Of a DNA stretch of 64,000 nucleotides, positions 1 through 8,850 are shown piece by piece. Position 1 is the first letter of the stretch, and every line of letters begins with the position of its first letter. Position numbers and translations under genes: made by a program. A model generated the notes under the pieces. That model did not search any database, was not told the origin of the DNA, and saw nothing but the letters and a program-made list of their open reading frames with translations. The DNA comes from a bacterium (GTDB lineage Bacteria; Vulcanimicrobiota; Xenobia; Xenobiales; JADMJV01), in NCBI GenBank assembly GCA_030149525.1, contig JASBRJ010000282.1, positions 14,491 to 78,490 of the forward strand, in the 5' to 3' direction.

Positions 1-1560
1 TAGGTATCATTTCCGCCGTGGCGTTGAGCTTCATGGTGCAAGATCCCAGGGGGATCATAGAGTGGGTGAGGGAGAGATCTTTGTTCTCCAGGCGCTTCAT
101 GTATCGAAGCATTTCCGTTTCTGAGTGAAAACTATGAAAGTTGGAGTGACTGAGGATAGTCTCTTGGCGCCTCATCTTCTCGGGCAGGCCCACATCCGAT
201 GGGGGAGTCGCTGCCGTACCGCCCAGGGCTTGGCAGATGATCTGCATTTCCTGCTCCGACATCCTTTCGTCCACCGCAATGCCGATGCGGTTGTCGCCGT
301 AGTCTCTGACCAGGAACTCGTTTTCGGCCATTTTGGCGAGAAAGGCCTCTCTGGATTCCTGGTTGTTCAATTGGATGGTCACGGTGTCCAGGAACGACTC
401 GTGGACGAGTTTGTGTCCACCGGAAAGAGCCGCACCGGCGATGGAGCGGGCACGATTTTCCAGTGTGTCCGTAATTCGAGCCAAGCCGTCGGGTCCGTGA
501 TAAACGGCGTACATGCTGGCTAGAACGGCCGGGAGAACCTGGGCGGTGCAGATGTTACTGGTGGCCCGATCCCGCCGGATGTGCTGCTCGCGGGTCTGCA
601 GGGCGAGTCGCAGCGCTTGCTGACCCACGCGGTCGTGACTGACTCCCACGATTCGCCCGGGGAGTTGCCGCTTAAACTTGTCCTGGCATGCTAGATAGGC
701 TGCGTGGGGGCCTCCGTACCCTAAGGGTAGACCGAACCTTTGGCTTGAGCCCACGCAGATGTGTGCGCCCAGGTCGCCGGGGCTTCGAAGGGATACCAGA
801 GAGAGGAGATCGGCACAAACAATGACGGCCTTGTCCAGTTCCTGGGCTCTGGCCGCCAGGGCACTCCAGTCGGTCACACCACCTTCGGTCCCCGGATAGG
901 CGATAAGGATTCCGAAGACGTCGTCGCTCAGTTCAATTTGGGTGTCCAGTTCGCAAATGTCCACCTCTATACCTAGAGGTACGGCACGACCGATAAGAAC
1001 ATCCAGCGTTTGTGGGTGGAGCTGACTGTCGGCCAGCAAACGGGGGGTCTTGGGAGCCTTTCGCTGAGACCGCAAAGCCATAGTCATGGCTTCCGCACAG
1101 GCGGTTCCCTCGTCCAGGAGGCTTGCGTTGGCCACAGGGAGCCCGGTGAGGTCACTCACCATGGTCTGAAAGTTAAGGAGTGCCTCCAGACGACCTTGAC
1201 TGATCTCGGCCTGATAAGGAGTGTATTGCGTGTACCAGCCTGGATTTTCCAGCACGTTTCGGGCGATAACGGGGGGAGTCACCGCCGCCTGATAACCGAG
1301 TCCGAGAAAACTTCGCCAAACCTTGTTTTTCTGGGCGAGTCTGGAGAGTTCGGCCAGGCACTCCGATTCCGTCAGCGGGTCCGGCAAAGACGGGGCTTTC
1401 TCTGCCAGCAATTTCTGGGGAACGATGGAGGTCATCAGTTCTTCTAGATCGGCCACGCCCAGTTCGTTGAGCATGTCTTTCTCTTGCTGTGGGGTCGGGC
1501 CGTTGTGACGGGCAACGAAAGGTGCCGCCGTTTTTTGGGTTTGGGTGGTTGTCAACGTCA
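1..1560 (-). CDS. gcvP: Glycine dehydrogenase (decarboxylating), single-chain P-protein; N-terminal ~520 aa in window, C-terminus beyond window start
   Basis: Minus-strand translation from the ATG at 1560 gives MTLTTTQTQK...GYQAAVTPPVIARNVLENPGWYTQYTPYQAEISQGRLEALLNFQTMV...DEGTA..., typical of GcvP. The ORF runs off the left edge. Plus-strand ORFs at 125-523, 761-976 and 1010-1447 are antisense artefacts. Confidence 0.9.
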
Positions 1561-1694
1561 TATCTCTGAGCCTTTTCTATCTTTGAGCACGGATGTAGAA
1601 GCCTGATACCCGCCCATGGAGGGGTCTGAAACACCTCCTACGTGGAACGCTTTCTACCGAGCCTGGAGCGCGGCCGGCGTTGTTCGATCGGCAA

Positions 1695-2189
1695 TCATTC
1701 TTCAGGTTGAAACTCCAGGCATACTCCGTTGATACAATACCTCTTGCCCGTCGGTTGGGGTCCGTCATCGAAAACATGGCCCAGATGTCCGCCGCATCGA
1801 GCGCAGTGAATTTCTGTTCGAGGATAAACGAGTTTGTAATCGGTACTGCTGCCCACCGCGTCCTGGGTCGCCGGCTGATAGAAGCTCGGCCAGCCCGTCC
1901 CTGAATCAAACTTGTGCTCTGTTTTGAAAAGCAGGTTGCCGCACCCGACGCAGACGAAATCCCCCGGCTCTTTCACCTTGTTGAGGGGGCTTGTGTTGGG
2001 GCGCTCGGTGGAGTGCTGTCGCAGAACTTGGTAGGCCTGCGGGGATAACTCTTCCTTCCACTGGGCATCGGTCTTGGTTAGAGGGAATGTTTCGACGGAT
2101 TCGGCGCGGTCGCCGCTTTTACGGAATCTCAAACCCAAGAAGACAGCCAGGGCAAGCGCGAAAGCGAAAATTATCAGAGTCTTGTTCAT
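1695..2189 (-). CDS. msrB: Peptide methionine-(R)-S-oxide reductase MsrB with N-terminal signal/lipobox-like hydrophobic leader
   Basis: GWPSF and HLGHVFDDGP motifs plus CxxC pairs (CVGCG, CARCGGH). Start chosen at the internal Met (MNKTLIIFAFALALAVFLG) at 2189 rather than the ORF-track start at 2306. Confidence 0.85.
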   Translation of the reverse strand: MNKTLIIFAFALALAVFLGLRFRKSGDRAESVETFPLTKTDAQWKEELSPQAYQVLRQHSTERPNTSPLNKVKEPGDFVCVGCGNLLFKTEHKFDSGTGWPSFYQPATQDAVGSSTDYKLVYPRTEIHCARCGGHLGHVFDDGPQPTGKRYCINGVCLEFQPEE

Positions 2190-2331
2190 ATAAATCGGAC
2201 CTCTCTTGATCTTCCCTAACAACCCTGATGCCCATAAGGTTCCAATGGTATCCGGATACCTCCTTGAGGATGCCCCTCTTTCATACGCGCTTGGGTAACA
2301 GTTCAAGGATGGGTGGAGCTATTGTTAAGCC

Positions 2332-3072
2332 ATGGTGGAGAAGATCTTGGATATAACATTGGGGGCGCCGCAGGCCGGCCGGCCGGTCCCTGTTCGCCGG
2401 GACCTCTATGTTCGCAGATTTCTCTCCGTCTCTCATCTTTTGGTCAAGTCTTGTTTCGAACGGATCGACCTCCACTACGCCGAAGACGAAATCGACACCT
2501 CCGCTGCGGTGGTCTACTGCAATCACCCGTCTTTCTGGGATCCGTTGATGTGCGCGCTGGCGACCAGGTACCTTTTCCCCCAGCATCATGTCTTTGCGCC
2601 CATCGAAGAAGAAGCGCTCCGGCGGTTCTGGTTCTTCCAAGGACTTGGCTTTTTCCCCGTACGGGTAGGCACGGTGAAGGGCCTTCGCTCTTTCTTAAAC
2701 ATCGGTCGCGCCGTTCTGGAAAACGTTGAAAGGCCGTGCCTCACCCTCACACCCGAAGGGCATTTTACCGAGCCCTCTCAAAGGCCTATCAGGCTGCAAC
2801 GAGGCCTGGCCAGGCTCCTCAAGACTGTGGTTGAGCGAAGCGTTGCCGTGTACCCCTTGGCCATCGATTATAGGATGCAACAGAATGTTCGACCCGTAGC
2901 CTTTTTGCAACTCGGGACACCGCTCGTTCTTGAACCGGATACACCAAGAGATGAAGCGCATCTACACAGCACTCTAGAGTCTCATCTAGAAACAACCATG
3001 AACAAAAATCTTGCAAGAATTCAAAAAAAATACGTGGGGACGAATTTGATAAGGAGTACCCCACCGACGTGA
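2332..3072 (+). CDS. Lysophospholipid (1-acyl-sn-glycerol-3-phosphate) acyltransferase family protein
   Basis: NHPSFWDP matches the PlsC-family H(X)4D acyltransferase motif. Size is ~246 aa. Confidence 0.6.
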   Translation: MVEKILDITLGAPQAGRPVPVRRDLYVRRFLSVSHLLVKSCFERIDLHYAEDEIDTSAAVVYCNHPSFWDPLMCALATRYLFPQHHVFAPIEEEALRRFWFFQGLGFFPVRVGTVKGLRSFLNIGRAVLENVERPCLTLTPEGHFTEPSQRPIRLQRGLARLLKTVVERSVAVYPLAIDYRMQQNVRPVAFLQLGTPLVLEPDTPRDEAHLHSTLESHLETTMNKNLARIQKKYVGTNLIRSTPPT

Positions 3073-4187
3073 CCCCAACCCAAATCGCCTTAGGCCTGGC
3101 AGCGTTCCAAGCTGCCATGGTTGCGAGAAATCTCACCCTTTACACTCACCCCGGACAACTCAATCAAGGTCAGTTTTTCGAGGAGGGGATCTCGGTCCTC
3201 ATTCCAGCCCGGAACGAAGAGCATAATCTCGGCACCTTGCTGTCCTCTCTACTGGAGCAGCGAGATTGTCGCTTTGAGATTGTTGTCCTGGACGATAACT
3301 CCGAGGACTCCACTTACAGTATTGCCCGGAGTTTTTCCGAAAATGACGGGCGGGTCAGAGTCATTCGCTCCCAACCCCTGCCTGAAGGGTGGGCAGGCAA
3401 GCAGTTTGCCTGTCACCAACTTTCTCAAGAGGCTCGCTTCGATCACTGGATCTTTGTCGACTCCGACGTCGTTTTCACCGACGTCCAAGCGCTGGCCAGA
3501 ATGGCCTTTCACTTGAAGAACTCGCCGGCCGGCATGCTCAGTTCCGTGCCCCGACAACTGACGGGCACCTGGGCCGAGCAGCTTATCATCCCTATCATTC
3601 ACCAAGTTTTGCTTGGCTTTCTCCCGTTTTGGGAGATGAGAAGAAACTGTATGCCCGCCCTGGGAGCAGCTTGCGGTCAACTGGTTGCCGTGAAGCGAGA
3701 GGCCTATCTGCGAAGCGGCGGTCATCTGGCAGTGAAGCACCGACTCCACGACGCCACGGCTTTGGCCGCTCTCATGCGTGAGAAGAAGATCCTCACCGAT
3801 CTTTTCGACTCCACGGAACTTGCCAGTTGCCGGATGTACCGCAACAGTCGAGACGTTTTCCTCGGATTTGCCAAGAACGCCACCGAGGGGATGGCGCAGC
3901 CGATTCTCCTTCCGCTCTGGACGATTCTTCTACTGGGAGCGAACGTATGGCCTTGGGTTTGCGGACTCGTCCAGGGTTGGACGCCTGAACTCGTTCTCGC
4001 CGGCATTCTCAACATGTCTGTGTTCGCCGTTCTCATGCGCCGCTATCGGCATTCCTTATTGGGTGCAGTCGCTCGCCCGGCAGGTGTTCTGACGTTTGTA
4101 GCGATTCAGTGGATAGCTCTCATCGGCAAATGGGTTGGCTGGAGAGCGACTTGGAAAGGTAGATCCTACGAGAGGCTCTACAAATAG
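3069..4187 (+). CDS. Family 2 glycosyltransferase with C-terminal polytopic membrane domain
   Basis: VLIPARNEEHNL, VVLDDNSEDST and DSD motifs of a GT-A fold GT2, followed by ~120 aa of transmembrane helices. GTG start overlaps the acyltransferase stop; ATG 3117 is an alternative start. Confidence 0.7.
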   Translation: MTPTQIALGLAAFQAAMVARNLTLYTHPGQLNQGQFFEEGISVLIPARNEEHNLGTLLSSLLEQRDCRFEIVVLDDNSEDSTYSIARSFSENDGRVRVIRSQPLPEGWAGKQFACHQLSQEARFDHWIFVDSDVVFTDVQALARMAFHLKNSPAGMLSSVPRQLTGTWAEQLIIPIIHQVLLGFLPFWEMRRNCMPALGAACGQLVAVKREAYLRSGGHLAVKHRLHDATALAALMREKKILTDLFDSTELASCRMYRNSRDVFLGFAKNATEGMAQPILLPLWTILLLGANVWPWVCGLVQGWTPELVLAGILNMSVFAVLMRRYRHSLLGAVARPAGVLTFVAIQWIALIGKWVGWRATWKGRSYERLYK

Positions 4188-4256
4188 AGAGGACACTTTC
4201 TCACGAAACGGGGCTCGTTTGCCCCAAAAAAGAGATTGTGATAAAATTCACAAGCT

Positions 4257-4634
4257 ATGACAGAGTACGCGAATATTGGGATTATGTTGGTGGTCGCCGC
4301 AGCTATCGCCGGCTCGATTCTGGGAATCTCTTTCCTGGTTGGTCCCAGAAACCCGAATCCTCAGAAAGGCAAGCCGTACGAGTGCGGGATTGAAGATATC
4401 GCGCCGATGCCGGCTCGCGTCTCCATCCGTTTCTTGCAAGTGGCGATGCTCTTTTTGATTTTTGACGTCGAGGCTGTGGCCTTTTACCCCTTGGCCACTA
4501 TCCTCAAAGACGTTTCTGAACACAGTTTGATGAACGGGCTCTTCCTGCTGGCTGAGTTCGGCACATTTTTCGCCCTTATCGTCATCGGCTATCTGTATGT
4601 CTGGAAGAAAGGTGCGTTCCGATGGAACTCGTAA
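4257..4634 (+). CDS. nuoA: NADH-quinone oxidoreductase subunit A
   Basis: YECG motif, three TM helices, position at head of the nuo operon. Confidence 0.9.
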   Translation: MTEYANIGIMLVVAAAIAGSILGISFLVGPRNPNPQKGKPYECGIEDIAPMPARVSIRFLQVAMLFLIFDVEAVAFYPLATILKDVSEHSLMNGLFLLAEFGTFFALIVIGYLYVWKKGAFRWNS

Positions 4635-5251
4635 CGCCGGGCGACGACGAAGGTCAGAAGATTCTCTACGCTTCCGATCATCTTTTCCCCGCCCAAGGTA
4701 AAACATCCGGTTTTGGAGTTATCACCACGAAACTCTCAGAAGTTTTAAAAAAACCGGTCAGTCTAGCTCGAAAGAATTCTGTGTGGCCGGCCCTTTTCGG
4801 TCTGGCTTGTTGCGCTATCGAAATGATGGCCACCAGCGGTTCTCGATTTGACCTCGCTCGCTTCGGCGCCGAGGTTTTTCGAGCATCCCCCCGTCAGGCC
4901 GACCTCATGATTGTGGCCGGACGGGTGTCCATCAAAATGGCGCCGGTGCTCAGGCAGATTTACGATCAGATGCCCGACCCTAAATGGGTGATTTCCATGG
5001 GTGCCTGCGCTTCTTGCGGTGGCGTGTTCAATAACTACGCCATTGTTCAGGGTGTCGACAAAATCGTCCCCGTAGATGTTTACGTAGCCGGTTGTCCTCC
5101 CACTCCGGAGGCCCTGATCACCGCGTTCACCATGCTTCAGGACAAGATCGGTGCCGGTATTCCGCCGGGAGTGAGCCCTGCCGTGGCGCACGCCCAGGAT
5201 CCGAGCATCGTGAAGCTCGATATGGCTTCTATTGCCCCCTATCCCACCTAA
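4622..5251 (+). CDS. nuoB: NADH-quinone oxidoreductase subunit B (N2 Fe-S subunit)
   Basis: [15 protein letters not shown], GxCxxCGG and CPPTPEAL motifs. Overlaps nuoA by 13 nt. Confidence 0.9.
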   Translation: MELVTPGDDEGQKILYASDHLFPAQGKTSGFGVITTKLSEVLKKPVSLARKNSVWPALFGLACCAIEMMATSGSRFDLARFGAEVFRASPRQADLMIVAGRVSIKMAPVLRQIYDQMPDPKWVISMGACASCGGVFNNYAIVQGVDKIVPVDVYVAGCPPTPEALITAFTMLQDKIGAGIPPGVSPAVAHAQDPSIVKLDMASIAPYPT

Positions 5252-5262
5252 GGATTGCTATC

Positions 5263-5748
5263 ATGTCGACTGCTACCATCTCCGATGAGATGAGAGCGCT
5301 TAGCTCAAAATTTACCGAAGCGTTTGCCGAGAATTTCTTGGGAAGTCGGGAAGATCGTGGAGAACTCACCCTGTGGGTGATGCCTTCAGCCTGGCGTGAG
5401 GCGGCCAAGCTCCTCATGGAGGCGGGCTTCAATCACCTGAGCGACCTTACCGCCGTCGACTACCTTGACAGGGAGCCGCGCTTCGATGTCATGGCCATCC
5501 TGGCCAGCCACAAAACCTGCACCTATCTGCGATTAAAAACCGTCGTGGACGATCAGCAGCCGGTGGATTCCCTTACCCCTTTGTGGGTGGGAGCCAACTG
5601 GTTCGAGCGCGAGGTGTGGGATCTATTCGGTATCCATTTTACCGATCATCCGGGCCTGAAGCGGATTCTACTGCCCGCCGACTACACCGGACACCCCCTG
5701 CGCAAGGATTACCCGATCACCGGCCCGGCCGGTTCGGTTTTCCGATAG
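5263..5748 (+). CDS. nuoC: NADH-quinone oxidoreductase subunit C
   Basis: NuoC/30 kDa family sequence (LTAVDY, WFEREVWDLFGI). Start at the internal Met 5263 after the nuoB stop; the ORF-track 5' extension is out-of-operon overlap. Confidence 0.85.
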   Translation: MSTATISDEMRALSSKFTEAFAENFLGSREDRGELTLWVMPSAWREAAKLLMEAGFNHLSDLTAVDYLDREPRFDVMAILASHKTCTYLRLKTVVDDQQPVDSLTPLWVGANWFEREVWDLFGIHFTDHPGLKRILLPADYTGHPLRKDYPITGPAGSVFR

Positions 5749-5759
5749 AAAGGACTTTC

Positions 5760-6992
5760 ATGGCCGCTTCAAAGACAGGAATTCCGAACACAGCAGCCAC
5801 CGTGGAAACCGACGAGAGCGGATACACGGTGATGAATATGGGGCCGCAGCACCCGTCGACTCACGGAGTTCTGCGCCTCATACTCACCCTCGACGGTGAA
5901 CGAGTCGTTCGCTCCGAGCCTGACATTGGATATCTTCATACCGGTATCGAAAAGACGGCGGAGGTGAAGACTTATCAGCAAGCACTCACTGTGACCGATA
6001 GAATGGATTATCTGGCACCCCTTTCTAATAACCTGGGATACTCTCTGGCAGTGGAGAGGTTGCTGGGTATCGAGGTGCCTGAGCGGGTCTCTCATATCAG
6101 AGTGCTCCTGGCCGAACTCCAGAGAATCGCCTCTCACATGGTTTGGTTAGGAACGTCCGGGCTCGACGCCGGTGCCATGAGCATGTTCTTATACTGCTTC
6201 CAAGAACGAGAAACGATTCTCGATCTCTTTGAGGAAGTCTCAGGCGTTCGCATGATGACTTCTTATATCCAGCCGGGAGGCTTGATGGCCGATCTCAACC
6301 CTGGCTTCTTGGAGAAAACCGAGGCGGTTGTTGAAGAGCTCACCAAAAAGATCGACATGTACTACGGTCTTCTGGAAAAGAACCCGATTTGGATGGAGCG
6401 AACAAAGAATATCGGCTATCTCACCCCCGAAGATGCGCGACATTGGTGTATCACCGGACCGGTGGCCCGGGCAAGCGGCGTGGATTGGGATTTGCGGCGC
6501 GACCGACCCTACGCGGCTTACGCCGACTACGACTTCGAGGTTCCCACTCGAACAGTGGGAGACTGCTACGCACGATACATCGTTCGCATGGAAGAGATGG
6601 AGCAGTCGCTGAATATCTGCCGTCAGGCTTTGAAGAAGATTGCACCACCCGGCGTCGGGGTTCCTTACCGGACCGACGATAGAAAGATTGTCCCCCCGCC
6701 TAAGTATGAGATCCAGTACTCCATGGAGAGTCTGATACATCACTTTAAGCTATTTACCGAAGGCTTCTCGCCACCGCCCGGCGATGTGTATCAGGCGGTT
6801 GAAGGCCCTCGCGGTGAGGTGGGCTTCCACATGGTGAGTGACGGAAGCAACAAGCCTTATCGAATGCGGGTCAGAACGCCCTCCTTTACCAATGTGCAGT
6901 TGATTCCGCACCTCATTCAAGACTTGTTGCTGGCGGATGTGGTTGCCATTTTGGCTTCCATCGATTTCGTGCTTGGTGATTGCGACCGATAG
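5760..6992 (+). CDS. nuoD: NADH-quinone oxidoreductase subunit D (49 kDa)
   Basis: MNMGPQHPSTHGVLRL and HRGxEK-like core typical of NuoD. RBS aaagga upstream of ATG 5760. Confidence 0.9.
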   Translation: MAASKTGIPNTAATVETDESGYTVMNMGPQHPSTHGVLRLILTLDGERVVRSEPDIGYLHTGIEKTAEVKTYQQALTVTDRMDYLAPLSNNLGYSLAVERLLGIEVPERVSHIRVLLAELQRIASHMVWLGTSGLDAGAMSMFLYCFQERETILDLFEEVSGVRMMTSYIQPGGLMADLNPGFLEKTEAVVEELTKKIDMYYGLLEKNPIWMERTKNIGYLTPEDARHWCITGPVARASGVDWDLRRDRPYAAYADYDFEVPTRTVGDCYARYIVRMEEMEQSLNICRQALKKIAPPGVGVPYRTDDRKIVPPPKYEIQYSMESLIHHFKLFTEGFSPPPGDVYQAVEGPRGEVGFHMVSDGSNKPYRMRVRTPSFTNVQLIPHLIQDLLLADVVAILASIDFVLGDCDR

Positions 6993-7005
6993 AGAGATAA
7001 AGATC

Positions 7006-7560
7006 ATGAGTGATGCCACGGCCAAGGGCCTGTTGACAGAAGAAACCAAAACTCGTATCCGCGAATTGATGGCCAAGTATCCCAAAGCCCGCTCGGCGAT
7101 CTTGCCGGCCCTCCATGTTGTTCAGGAGCAGTTGGGCTGGGTGCCGGAAGAGGCCCAAGATGAAGTGGCCCAGATGTTTGAGATGACCCCCGCCGAAGTG
7201 AGGAGCCTGGTGACCTTTTACTACATGTACCATCGCAAACCGGTGGGCAAGTACGTTTTGAAGGTCTGTCGCTCTATCAGTTGTTGGCTGCGCCGATCAG
7301 AAGACGTGGAGCACAATCTTTGTGAGCATCTTGGTATCGAGTGCGGAGAGACCACTGAAGATGGAATGTTCACAGTGGTTCACGGCGAGTGTATTGCAGC
7401 CTGCGTCAATGCGCCGGCCATTCAAGTGAATGACCGATTCCTGCTGGACGTGGATCCCGATAATGTCTCCGAGATAATCGATAGGCTCAAGGCCGGCGAT
7501 CCCCGGTATCCGGCCGCGGTTGAGTCCTGGAAACGCCCCGAGGAAAGTAAGGGAGAATAG
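7006..7560 (+). CDS. nuoE: NADH-quinone oxidoreductase subunit E (24 kDa, 2Fe-2S)
   Basis: LPALHVVQEQLGWV and Cys ligands CRSISC...CIAAC. Start at Met 7006. Confidence 0.85.
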   Translation: MSDATAKGLLTEETKTRIRELMAKYPKARSAILPALHVVQEQLGWVPEEAQDEVAQMFEMTPAEVRSLVTFYYMYHRKPVGKYVLKVCRSISCWLRRSEDVEHNLCEHLGIECGETTEDGMFTVVHGECIAACVNAPAIQVNDRFLLDVDPDNVSEIIDRLKAGDPRYPAAVESWKRPEESKGE

Positions 7561-7563
7561 TCG

Positions 7564-8850
7564 ATGAGCACCCTTGTTATTACAGAACTGATGGATATCG
7601 AAGGTATCGACGGTATCGACACCTACGTCAAGAACAAAGGCTATGAAGGACTCAAGAAAGCTCTTAAAGAGTACACACCCGACGAGCTGATTGAGTATGT
7701 CAAAGCCTCCGGTCTCCGCGGCAGGGGAGGAGCTGGTTTTCCCACCGGTCTGAAGTGGAGCTTCGTTCCCAAGAATCCCGGAAAACCCAAGTATCTCTGC
7801 GTGAATTGTGACGAGTCCGAGCCGGGAACATGCAAAGACCGCGACATGGTCACCTATCTTCCTCATCAACTGTTGGAAGGGATCGCCATTTGCTGTTATG
7901 CGGTAGGTATCAATCAAGCGTTTATCTACATTCGTGGCGAGATGTTGGAAGGCTACGAGATCCTCGAGAAAGCCGTGGAGGAAGCGGTTCAGAGAAATTT
8001 TCTGGGCGACAACATCCTGGGCACAGACTTCTCTCTCGACGTAGTGGTTCACCGCGGAGCCGGAGCCTACATTTGCGGTGAGGAGTCGGCTCTGCTGAGT
8101 TCTTTAGAAGGCGAGCGGGGCTTCCCCCGTCTGAAGCCCCCCTTCCCGGCCGTGGAAGGCCTGTACGCGTGTCCCACCGTGATCAACAACGTGGAGACCC
8201 TCTCAACTTTACCCGCCATCATGCGCAAAGGGGCGGAGTGGTATTCTTCCCTGGGTACCGAGCGTAGCAAGGGGACTCGGGTTCTTTGCCTCTCAGGTCA
8301 TGTGAATAAACCGGGCAATTATGAATTAGAACTTGGCGCCAGTATGCGTCATCTGATCGAGGAATGCGGTGGCGGAGTGATGGGGGGAGAACTCAAAGCC
8401 ATCATTCCCGGCGGAGCGTCAGCGCCTATGTTGACCAAAGAGCATCTCGACGTGGCTCTCGACTTCGAGGCTATCGCGGCTGCAGGTTCCATGGCGGGTT
8501 CCGGCGCCGTGATCGTCATTAACGACAAGACCTGTATCGTGAAGACCTGTCTCAACCTGGATCAGTTTTTTGAGGAAGAATCTTGCGGCAAGTGCACTCC
8601 CTGCCGAGAAGGAACCAAGTGGTTGGTAGATATACTCACCCGAATGGTCAACGGACACGGAAGGCCGGAAGACATCGATCTTCTCAAGTCTGTTTGCAAC
8701 AACATTTTGGGCAACACATTTTGCCCGCTGGGGGATTCGGCAACCTCCTGTATTATGAGCGCCTTCAAATACTTCCCCGAGGAGTTCGAGCATTATGCCC
8801 ATCACGGTTGCTCGATTCTTGAAGGTAAGAAAGAGATGGCTAAGAGCTAA
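7564..8850 (+). CDS. nuoF: NADH-quinone oxidoreductase subunit F (51 kDa, FMN/NADH binding)
   Basis: GLRGRGGAGFPTGLKW, GEESALL and CGKCTPCREG motifs. Confidence 0.92.
   Translation: MSTLVITELMDIEGIDGIDTYVKNKGYEGLKKALKEYTPDELIEYVKASGLRGRGGAGFPTGLKWSFVPKNPGKPKYLCVNCDESEPGTCKDRDMVTYLPHQLLEGIAICCYAVGINQAFIYIRGEMLEGYEILEKAVEEAVQRNFLGDNILGTDFSLDVVVHRGAGAYICGEESALLSSLEGERGFPRLKPPFPAVEGLYACPTVINNVETLSTLPAIMRKGAEWYSSLGTERSKGTRVLCLSGHVNKPGNYELELGASMRHLIEECGGGVMGGELKAIIPGGASAPMLTKEHLDVALDFEAIAAAGSMAGSGAVIVINDKTCIVKTCLNLDQFFEEESCGKCTPCREGTKWLVDILTRMVNGHGRPEDIDLLKSVCNNILGNTFCPLGDSATSCIMSAFKYFPEEFEHYAHHGCSILEGKKEMAKS

Noticed and set aside
125-1634. Several 60-150-aa ORFs on both strands inside the gcvP region (125-523+, 761-976+, 1010-1447+, 1173-1634-)
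   Set aside because: All overlap the long, clearly homologous GcvP reading frame (minus strand, frame ending at 1560). They are typical antisense/off-frame open stretches in GC-rich DNA.
1561-1694. Possible glycine riboswitch upstream of gcvP
   Set aside because: The reverse-complemented leader lacks the tandem ACCGAAGGxGCAA / CUCUGGAGAG aptamer cores. The region is more likely a simple msrB-gcvP intergenic spacer.
4203-4230. GGGGC-TCGTTT-GCCCC hairpin followed by A6 between the GT2 gene and nuoA
   Set aside because: There is no U-tract on the coding-strand side and the stem is only 5 bp, so it is not convincing as a terminator. It may simply be part of the nuo promoter region.
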